Below are positions 30,369-36,612 of a DNA stretch of 64,000 nt, piece by piece. Source of the stretch: a virus; IMG/VR virus record IMGVR_UViG_3300037575_000021, positions 1-64,000 of that record, one strand, 5' to 3'. The position numbers and the translations under genes are program-made. The notes under the pieces were generated by a model. The model did not search any database, was not told where the DNA came from, and saw only the letters and a program-made list of their open reading frames with translations. Position 1 is the first letter of the stretch. The number at the start of each line of letters is the position of its first letter.

Positions 30369-30445
30369 TGGCGGTCTCACCGAGGATCGAACTCGGAACT
30401 CAGGATTGACAGTCCTGTGTTTTATCCATTTGAAACTATGAAACC
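30369..30445 (-). tRNA. tRNA-Asp(GTC)
   Basis: CAGGA-CTGTCAA-TCCTG; CCA. Confidence 0.92.
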
Positions 30446-30452
30446 TAAATTT

Positions 30453-30523
30453 TGGTGGAGACATAGAGAATCGAACTCTACTCGAAAAGGTGCAAGCCTT
30501 CCTCAGCATCCATGACTATCCCC
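30453..30523 (-). tRNA. tRNA-Ala(TGC), atypical D arm
   Basis: CTTGCAC loop; G3:U70 pair; CCA. Confidence 0.8.
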
Positions 30524-30528
30524 GGATA

Positions 30529-30603
30529 TGGCACGGCTACTAGGACTCGAACCCAGACCAAAGGAGTAGAAATCCCATGTACTATCCCTTATACTATAGC
30601 CGT
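30529..30603 (-). tRNA. tRNA-Arg(TCT)
   Basis: TTTCTAC loop; T-loop; CCA. Confidence 0.88.
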
Positions 30604-30609
30604 ATTATT

Positions 30610-30685
30610 TGGTATCGCTACGGAGGCTCGAACTCCGAACGCAAACTTGAAAGGCTTGTGTTTTAACCAGTTAAACTACAGCGAT
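30610..30685 (-). tRNA. tRNA-Glu(TTC)
   Basis: CAAGC-CTTTCAA-GTTTG; CCA. Confidence 0.9.
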
Positions 30686-30694
30686 ATTGTTCTT

Positions 30695-30763
30695 TGGCTC
30701 CCCGTAGAGGATTTGAACCTCTAGTTTTCAGCTTCGTAGACCTATACCATCCAGTGCCGGGGA
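30695..30763 (-). tRNA. tRNA-Arg(ACG), degenerate D arm and anticodon stem
   Basis: CTACGAA loop; intact T arm, acceptor and CCA. Confidence 0.65.
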
Positions 30764-30773
30764 ATTAAATTCT

Positions 30774-30849
30774 TGGTGCTTACTCATGGAATCGAACCAT
30801 GGACATCTGATGTGTAAGAACAGTGCTCTCCCAACTGAGCTAAGTAAGC
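30774..30849 (-). tRNA. tRNA-Val(TAC)
   Basis: CTTACAC loop; canonical D and T arms; CCA. Confidence 0.9.
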
Positions 30850-30905
30850 GTAAATACTCTTAAGGATAACCTCAGCTATGCTTAAGAATACTCGTGTAAA
30901 CAACT

Positions 30906-30979
30906 TGGTGGGGCTACAGAGATTCGAACTCTGATTGATCGGTTAAAAGCCGAATATTCTACCATTGAATTATAACCCC
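30906..30979 (-). tRNA. tRNA-Lys(TTT)
   Basis: TCGG-CTTTTAA-CCGA; CCA. Confidence 0.92.
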
Positions 30980-30981
30980 AT

Positions 30982-31119
30982 TCAAATATCTACGTCATCA
31001 CGACGCTTCTTGTGTTTTACCTCGCCACTCTTTGAGGCCTTCTTACGGTCAACATGGACTGCTGAGCGGTTAAAAGAACCTACATGTTTAGCAACGAGGT
31101 TGCGTTTTGTGTGTTTCAT
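30982..31119 (-). CDS. Small basic protein (45 aa, MKHTKRNLVAKH...)
   Basis: GGGAGG RBS and its own promoter upstream; not in ORF track. Confidence 0.7.
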   Translation of the reverse strand: MKHTKRNLVAKHVGSFNRSAVHVDRKKASKSGEVKHKKRRDDVDI

Positions 31120-31158
31120 AACAACCTCCCTTAGTTGCTTTCTTGACTTTATATATCC

Positions 31159-31186
31159 AGTATAACACGATTTCTGGATTTGTCAA
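31159..31186 (-). promoter_or_regulatory. Sigma70-type promoter (TTGACAAATCC family)
   Basis: TTGACA-16-TATACT with TG extension. Confidence 0.75.
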
Positions 31187-31205
31187 GTATTAATTTAAAA
31201 TAAAT

Positions 31206-31280
31206 TGGCCAAGGGGGACAGATTTGAACTGCCATTGCAAGGATTTGGAGTCCTGCCGAATACCATTAACTCACCCCCTG
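31206..31280 (-). tRNA. tRNA-Trp(CCA)
   Basis: AGGA-CTCCAAA-TCCT; CCA end. Confidence 0.85.
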
Positions 31281-31284
31281 AATT

Positions 31285-31360
31285 TGGTGTACCCTGATGG
31301 AATCGAACCAACGCAACCCAGATCTTCAATCTAGTGCTCTACCTGCTGAGCTAAGGATAC
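31285..31360 (-). tRNA. tRNA-Phe(GAA)
   Basis: CTAGA-TTGAAGA-TCTGG; CCA. Confidence 0.92.
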
Positions 31361-31366
31361 AAAATA

Positions 31367-31440
31367 TGGTGCCTAACCACAGAATCGAACTGCGAATAGC
31401 TGATTACAAAACAGCCGTTATACCATTTAACTAGTCAGGC
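31367..31440 (-). tRNA. tRNA-Thr(TGT)
   Basis: TTTGTAA loop; CCA. Confidence 0.9.
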
Positions 31441-31453
31441 ATTAAAACTTATA

Positions 31454-31530
31454 GGGGTGGCCTCACGGATTCGAACCGAGGACATACCAGACTCACAATC
31501 TGATGCAATTGACCACTCTGCCAAGGCCAC
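31454..31530 (-). tRNA. tRNA-His(GTG), CCA not fully encoded
   Basis: TCAGA-TTGTGAG-TCTGG; C73 discriminator. Confidence 0.88.
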
Positions 31531-31598
31531 ACCTATAAGCTCTAAATAAGAACTCCCACGTAAGTTTAAAACTAAGAGGCGGGAGCCGTGTTAATTAT

Positions 31599-31672
31599 TG
31601 GTACTAGGTGATGGTAACGCTCCACCGTCGCACCGTTATCAGCGGTGTGCTCTACTTTTGAGCTAACCCAGC
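31599..31672 (-). tRNA. tRNA-Ile(GAT), atypical T loop AGCGTTA
   Basis: CACCG-CTGATAA-CGGTG; CCA. Confidence 0.85.
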
Positions 31673-31683
31673 ATTATTCTTTA

Positions 31684-31721
31684 TGGAGCGGGCCTATGGA
31701 TGCACATAGGGATCGTCCCGC
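31684..31721 (-). ncRNA. tRNA minihelix-like element ending in TCCA
   Basis: GCGGG/CCCGC-TCCA plus a CCTATG-TGCATC-CATAGG hairpin. Confidence 0.5.
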
Positions 31722-31830
31722 ATAACCTCACCTCACGGTGGCATCTAAATGTCTGGTGGAAGGCACCTTTACAGTATGTAAGTGTCTCACCGTTATCTTC
31801 ATAAGACCTTCACTTATCACCAGACAAATA

Positions 31831-31907
31831 TGGCAGGGGTGACACGATTCGAACGTGCGATCACGGGATCAAAACCCGATGCTTTAGGCCAGCTAAGCTA
31901 CACCCCG
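31831..31907 (-). tRNA. tRNA-Gln(TTG)
   Basis: CGGG-TTTTGAT-CCCG; CCA. Confidence 0.9.
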
Positions 31908-31918
31908 ATAAAACTGTT

Positions 31919-31992
31919 TGGAGTCCAGTATAGGATTTTAACCTATCTCTCAAGGGTTGCAGCCAAGCGCATAGTCACTCTGCCAACTGGAC
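31919..31992 (-). tRNA. tRNA-Cys(GCA), mismatched anticodon stem
   Basis: CTGCAAC loop; U73; CCA. Confidence 0.8.
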
Positions 31993-32000
31993 ATAAACTT

Positions 32001-32097
32001 TGGCGGAAGCGTAGAGATTCGAACTCTAACACCCTTTCAAGGATCGACGGTTTTCAAGACCGCTGCCAGTACCCAGACTCTTTTGGCTTACACTTCC
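32001..32097 (-). tRNA. tRNA-Ser(TGA), enlarged D loop
   Basis: GCGGT-CTTGAAA-ACCGT; long variable arm; GCCA. Confidence 0.9.
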
Positions 32098-32108
32098 TAA
32101 ATTTTAAA

Positions 32109-32186
32109 TGGTAGGCCAAGGCTGATTCGAACAGCTCCTTCTACCGTTTATGAGACGGTGGCTTTAACCTATTAAGCTATTGGCCC
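32109..32186 (-). tRNA. tRNA-CAT (Ile2 or elongator Met)
   Basis: ACCGT-CTCATAA-ACGGT; CCA. Confidence 0.85.
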
Positions 32187-32188
32187 AT

Positions 32189-32264
32189 TGGTTGTCATGA
32201 GTGGAATTGAACCACTATCCTCTTCCTTATGAGGGAAGCGCATAAACCATTCTGCCACATGACA
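32189..32264 (-). tRNA. tRNA-CAT (Met or Ile2)
   Basis: CTTCC-CTCATAA-GGAAG; CCA. Confidence 0.85.
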
Positions 32265-32265
32265 T

Positions 32266-32508
32266 TTAACTTCTGGAGACAACATTGGTTTGTTGCCAGT
32301 TAGACCAGACCTCTACGGACTTGATCTTAGTTGGAGAGTATCCACTATAATCAAAGGGATCTTTCGGGCCTTTATCGGCTTCCCTGAACTTAATATCAAC
32401 CTCTACAGAACTGTATGGAACCTGTGCCTTAGTGGCAAAGTCATTTTTAATTAATTCAATCACATCTCCCTGTGTAAGAGTTGTGGACTTAACTGATTTT
32501 ATTTCCAT
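32266..32508 (-). CDS. Hypothetical protein within the tRNA cluster
   Basis: GAGGAGG RBS; 80 aa. Confidence 0.7.
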   Translation of the reverse strand: MEIKSVKSTTLTQGDVIELIKNDFATKAQVPYSSVEVDIKFREADKGPKDPFDYSGYSPTKIKSVEVWSNWQQTNVVSRS

Positions 32509-32534
32509 ACAATCCTCCTCGAATTCTTAACTTT

Positions 32535-32619
32535 TGGTGCTCCCAGAGAGACTCGAACTCTCACACCCGAAGGTACTGGAATCTAAACCCAGCGCGTCTA
32601 CCAATTCCACCACAGGAGC
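32535..32619 (-). tRNA. tRNA-Leu(TAG)
   Basis: CTGGG-TTTAGAT-TCCAG; variable arm; CCA. Confidence 0.92.
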
Positions 32620-32620
32620 T

Positions 32621-32696
32621 TGGAGCATCTAGAGGGAATCGAACCCTACTCACTATGGCTTGGAAGGCCAAGGACTAAACCCGTTAGCTTAGATGC
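32621..32696 (-). tRNA. tRNA-Gly(TCC)
   Basis: TGGC-CTTCCAA-GCCA; TCCA. Confidence 0.9.
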
Positions 32697-32740
32697 TTTT
32701 AAAGAGACCCAAGAAGGGTCTCATAAGTCCCAGTATGGGA

Positions 32741-34207
32741 CTAGAACGAATAACGTTCTTTGTTAACTGTCTCCAACATCATATCAATTGGCGTTACGTT
32801 CTTGCAAGACAAGATTGAACGCATGATAGCTGGTGAGAAACCACTTACTAGTGCAGCCCCTTTGTCATTAACAGTCACAGAGCTGTTACCCTCACGAGCT
32901 TTAATGTTCCAGAAGATGATATCAGGTAGTTCATATCCAGCTTCTTGGTATGCACTACTTGCGTACTGTAAGGCTGTCTTATTCCACTTGCCAGCATCGT
33001 GACGACCACCGTATCCGTAAGAGTTGCCACCTGTACATGAGTCAAACTCCATGTCACTTAAGATCAAGATCTTAGTTGGCATTTCCTCTTGAGGAACTCC
33101 TGCTCGTACTGCGTTGTCAAGCACTGTTTGGAACGCTTTGGCGATATCAGTATTCATACCCCAACCAGAACGTTTGCACTGAAGCATACGATCATACAGG
33201 CTCCCGTTCAACTTAACGAGTTGTGGGCTGCCAGAGAACGTTAAGAATGTATCCTTAAACTTACCTTCAAGTCGTTCTGAGATGTATAAGCCTAAGCTCA
33301 CAGCTACATCCATACAGGTAACAGTACCGCTTCCGCCTGCAGAGCAACCCATAGATCCACTCACATCTACCATTGGTAGGATTCGTTCATCAGAACCTCC
33401 TAGGTAATCTGGTAAAGCATCCCACTGAGCATTAGCCGCTTGTGACTCACCACGTACCATAGACTTCATGATATCGTATGGGTAAACAGCTCCAGCGTTG
33501 ATCTTAACTGACTTAGCAATTTCAGGATCTTTGCTAGTCAATGCATCTAAGTATGCACGGTAACGATCTTCGCAGTTACGTAAGAATGCTTTCTGATAAC
33601 GTGCTGAAGCAACTGAAGGTAGCTTCGAGAAATCGATAGAATCGAAATCCTTAGCTGATAACTTCTGCTCAACTGTATCAGACAAGTTCTTAAGGGCTAC
33701 ACGCCACATCTTAGGTGTGATGTATCGACCTGTAACTTCCTGAACGTGCTTACGAAGCCCGTTAGCAATTTTCTTCTGACGAGGCATCCACTTGGCACAC
33801 AGACCATCTTTAGCCTCTAATGCTGTACGGATCATCTCGTATGCAGCATACTTTGTCTTTTGGTTGGTGAAGACCAATAGGTCATCCCAACGACCAACCT
33901 CAGGAATCAAATGCATGAAGCGTAGAACCTGCGAAGGATCTGTCTTGTCTAGGTACACTAGGAAATCACGGAAAAGTTGGCGTTCACCAGCTCCACCACG
34001 AACGTCTCGTGCCCATAGCATGATTCGGGTTGCTAAATCCTTGTCGCCAGCGTTGTAGGCTGAAGACATAAGATTTACGATATTCTTACCACGAGAGGCA
34101 CCCACTGCTCCAAATAGATCTACACATGGATCCATTGAAGATAGGTTAGTTTTGCCACCGTTGGCTGTGCGGCCTTCTGTATTAAAGGCCTCCATTAATG
34201 ATGTCAT
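32741..34207 (-). CDS. Ro60/TROVE-like RNA-binding protein with C-terminal vWA domain (DUF2828-type)
   Basis: RDVRGGAGER, GRWDDL and AKWMPR in the helical region; MIDAS DVSGSM, LSDMEFD, IIFWN and VSGFS. Confidence 0.85.
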   Translation of the reverse strand: MTSLMEAFNTEGRTANGGKTNLSSMDPCVDLFGAVGASRGKNIVNLMSSAYNAGDKDLATRIMLWARDVRGGAGERQLFRDFLVYLDKTDPSQVLRFMHLIPEVGRWDDLLVFTNQKTKYAAYEMIRTALEAKDGLCAKWMPRQKKIANGLRKHVQEVTGRYITPKMWRVALKNLSDTVEQKLSAKDFDSIDFSKLPSVASARYQKAFLRNCEDRYRAYLDALTSKDPEIAKSVKINAGAVYPYDIMKSMVRGESQAANAQWDALPDYLGGSDERILPMVDVSGSMGCSAGGSGTVTCMDVAVSLGLYISERLEGKFKDTFLTFSGSPQLVKLNGSLYDRMLQCKRSGWGMNTDIAKAFQTVLDNAVRAGVPQEEMPTKILILSDMEFDSCTGGNSYGYGGRHDAGKWNKTALQYASSAYQEAGYELPDIIFWNIKAREGNSSVTVNDKGAALVSGFSPAIMRSILSCKNVTPIDMMLETVNKERYSF

Positions 34208-34237
34208 GATTGACCCTCCTATTTATATTGAGTTTAT

Positions 34238-34266
34238 ATGGTAACACATTTTGTGTTGGTTGTCAA
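34238..34266 (-). promoter_or_regulatory. Sigma70-type promoter for the Ro60-like gene
   Basis: TTGACA-17-TACCAT with TG extension; AGGAGG RBS downstream. Confidence 0.7.
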
Positions 34267-34272
34267 TAGGTT

Positions 34273-34339
34273 CTGAGCAATTTTTGCTTTTCAAGGCTTC
34301 CAATAGTTTTGAAAATAGTATTTTTGCTGAAGTTGCTCA
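34273..34339 (-). ncRNA. CAGCAA-motif Y-RNA-like unit A
   Basis: TGAGCAA-CTT-CAGCAA...TTGCTCA-G. Confidence 0.6.
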
Positions 34340-34356
34340 TTAGTTCTAAATTGTAT

Positions 34357-34421
34357 CAGGGCAAATCCTAAACGTAGTTTGATTAAAAGTCAAATGTTTT
34401 GGGTATTGCTGTAGTTGCCCT
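34357..34421 (-). ncRNA. CAGCAA-motif Y-RNA-like unit B carrying a Lys(UUU) anticodon arm
   Basis: AGGGCAA-CTA-CAGCAA...TTTGA-CTTTTAA-TCAAA...TTGCCCT-G. Confidence 0.7.
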
Positions 34422-34477
34422 TTAAGTATTTATCTAGTATAAGCCCTCGTGGGAAGACCTATAGTGGATAATTAAGT

Positions 34478-34568
34478 CAGGCTAATTTGTTTGCACCATT
34501 GCAATCTCCAAAGTTGGCTGGAAATAAAGGAATCGAACCTCTAAAGTTATGTTTGCTGTAGTTAGCCT
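34478..34568 (-). ncRNA. CAGCAA-motif Y-RNA-like unit C (reduced permuted tRNA)
   Basis: AGGCTAA-CTA-CAGCAA, T arm, acceptor hairpin with CCA, D-like hairpin, TTAGCCT-G. Confidence 0.7.
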
Positions 34569-34579
34569 TTAAATTGTTT

Positions 34580-34716
34580 CAGGTTCCTGTTGTTTGCGTC
34601 TGCTGCTCTACCAACTGAGCTACCCCTTGTCAATGTAAGTTTAAGTGGTCAAGGGGGCTGGACTCGAACCAGCGACCAACAGTATCCATTAGCATTATTG
34701 TTGCTGCAAGGAACCT
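34580..34716 (-). ncRNA. CAGCAA-motif YrlA-like unit D (circularly permuted tRNA)
   Basis: AGGTTCCT-TG-CAGCAA, T arm, CCCCTTG-ACCA, loop, CAAGGGG, D arm GCTCAGTTGGTAGAGC, AGGAACCT-G. Confidence 0.8.
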
Positions 34717-34738
34717 TTAAATCTTTATCTTGGTGCCC

Positions 34739-34766
34739 ATTATACATACTTTGATGTAAAAGTCAA
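34739..34766 (-). promoter_or_regulatory. Sigma70-type promoter for the small-RNA array
   Basis: TTGACT-16-TATAAT about 20 nt upstream of unit D. Confidence 0.7.
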
Positions 34767-34784
34767 GCACTTTTTAAATTAATT

Positions 34785-34870
34785 TGGCGGAAGATATAGG
34801 ATTCGAACCTATGCACCGTTTCCGATGTACTCCTTAGCAGGGAGCTGCGTTACCACTCTGCCAATCTTCC
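34785..34870 (-). tRNA. tRNA-Ser(GCT)
   Basis: GCTCC-CTGCTAA-GGAGT; variable arm; GCCA. Confidence 0.92.
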
Positions 34871-34878
34871 TGAAATCT

Positions 34879-35010
34879 CTATTCAGACTTCCCTTTCTTC
34901 TTGGTTGTATCCTTCGGCTTACGTCGATAGTTAACGCCAGCGTTAGATTTATCTCCCCAAGAATGGGAAAGGAATATGTACTCAAATTCTTTTTGGTATG
35001 GTCTTGACAT
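34879..35010 (-). CDS. Small basic protein (43 aa, MSRPYQKEF...)
   Basis: GGAGGA RBS; not in ORF track. Confidence 0.55.
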   Translation of the reverse strand: MSRPYQKEFEYIFLSHSWGDKSNAGVNYRRKPKDTTKKKGKSE

Positions 35011-35103
35011 AATTTATCCTCCGTCTGATTGTAATATGCATAAATAAACCTATTATCTATGATTATAGCCCTAATATATCTTTTTATACATATTAGGAAT
35101 ATT

Positions 35104-35179
35104 TGGCTGGCATAGCTGGACTCGAACCAGCATACGTCTGATTAACAGTCAGGTCGCCTACCTAGTAGCGCATATGCCA
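35104..35179 (-). tRNA. tRNA-Asn(GTT)
   Basis: CTGA-CTGTTAA-TCAG; GCCA. Confidence 0.9.
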
Positions 35180-35349
35180 ATAAATCTTCTCCCCTGAAAA
35201 ACTGGTGGGCTTTGCGCCCACCGAAAGCAATGTTCAAGAATAAACATTACAGAGGAGGGTACTCTTTAGCCCTCAAAGGCTTAAGGATAGACCCAGCTGT
35301 TCTGGATATATTCCTAAACCCTCTAAGATTTCCGAAGATATATATATTA

Positions 35350-35377
35350 AGTATATCACAATTTTTGGATTTGTCAA
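35350..35377 (-). promoter_or_regulatory. Sigma70-type promoter heading the tRNA operon
   Basis: TTGACA-16-TATACT with TG; 31-bp block repeated at 35741-35771. Confidence 0.75.
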
Positions 35378-35722
35378 CCCCTAAATTGAAAATAATTTCA
35401 CTTTTCCTTCATATAAGGCTTTCGCCTTCTTTCCCCACCAATAGGGATCCCCTCCGGGGAAGGTCTTACTATAAGGTATAACCATTAGTAATCCTTGCGG
35501 AGCTATTAGCTATCCTAATAGGATCTACCTTATGGGTTAAACCCTTAAGTCTATATAACTAATTCAATTAATAATCTATTCAAATCAATAACTTAAAGGT
35601 AACAACCCTTAAGGTTTAACCTATTTGATCGATCATTTGTGATTGATTAAGTGAATTAAGCTTAGTCTAAATAGTCATCCTTAAATGGAGAGCCTTTAAG
35701 TAATAACCCATAAGTGTATACC

Positions 35723-35751
35723 ATTATAGCATACAAACTAGGATTTGTCAA
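35723..35751 (-). promoter_or_regulatory. Consensus sigma70 promoter
   Basis: TTGACA-17-TATAAT with TG extension. Confidence 0.8.
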
Positions 35752-35882
35752 CCCCTAAATTGAAAATAATTCAAAATTAATTCGATGTGAGCATGTTACA
35801 TGGCTTTATCCTCCGTGTCAAGTCTTGACATCTACTGGGTTATCTGTTAGTCTCTTACCTCCTAACTAAGAGGAGGATTGGA

Positions 35883-36302
35883 ATGAGAACAGCTATTATA
35901 GTACTATTATTGATAATGTCAAGCAATTTATTTGCATCAGATGACAACTTTGAGCTTCACCTAGGACTGAAGACATACCATGTTGACAGATCCCCTAATG
36001 AGGATGGGTGTCTCAACGAGAGTCATGATCTAATTGGTATCAAATACGAGTACTCGATAATGGGAACCTATAGGAATACCCATTGTCGGAGGTCGTTCTA
36101 CGTAGGGGGATCCTACCAGATAACGGACAGGTGGGGTGTCGATGCAACCATTGTTAGTGGGTATCCTAAAAAGATGCATAAAATAGGTAGCTTGGTTGTA
36201 TTCGCATTCCCAACCTATACCGTGGGGAACGATAAGGCGGCGGTTAGGTTTATAGTAATCCCCCATATATTGACCGGAGCTGGTCTAATCATTAAATTTT
36301 AG
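35883..36302 (+). CDS. Secreted small beta-barrel outer-membrane-like protein
   Basis: Signal peptide, amphipathic strands, C-terminal Phe; paralog of 56377-56826. Confidence 0.6.
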   Translation: MRTAIIVLLLIMSSNLFASDDNFELHLGLKTYHVDRSPNEDGCLNESHDLIGIKYEYSIMGTYRNTHCRRSFYVGGSYQITDRWGVDATIVSGYPKKMHKIGSLVVFAFPTYTVGNDKAAVRFIVIPHILTGAGLIIKF

Positions 36303-36310
36303 GAGGTATT

Positions 36311-36568
36311 ATGAGTAAAGAGAGTGTTGGGGAGTTCCACGTAGAGGTTAAGAGATTCTACATACCCTTTAAGTTCAATCTTGAGTGTCCCTCATGTGGG
36401 TACATAAATGGGGTGGATCTAGAAGATCGCTATCTATCTTACCCGGTGGCAAACAAGGTTGTGGAAGATGCGGCTTGCTGTGAGGAATGTTGTGAGGAGA
36501 TCCCTTACAATCTAACCCTTAAGATTGATGTTGAGGTTAGTAGTGAATGTGTTGTTGACAGTGAGTAG
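36311..36568 (+). CDS. Zn-ribbon hypothetical protein
   Basis: CPSC...CEEC motifs; AGGAGG RBS. Confidence 0.65.
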   Translation: MSKESVGEFHVEVKRFYIPFKFNLECPSCGYINGVDLEDRYLSYPVANKVVEDAACCEECCEEIPYNLTLKIDVEVSSECVVDSE

Positions 36569-36612
36569 TATCCTGTGGTAGCCTAGAGAAAACTAAGAGG
36601 AGGGTTTATTAA

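Noticed and set aside
30043-32114. ORF-track ORFs 30043-30321, 30279-30509, 30512-30724, 30965-31165 and 31782-32114
   Set aside because: They overlap tRNA genes or an opposite-strand gene and lack RBS support.
34285-34320. Ser(UGA) or Leu(CAA) anticodon mimic in unit A
   Set aside because: CTTGAAA and TTCAAAA loops are present but lack a convincing flanking stem.
34273-34716. CRISPR-like array or ordinary tRNA genes
   Set aside because: Flanks covary instead of repeating identically, and tRNA arms are in permuted order without an anticodon loop.
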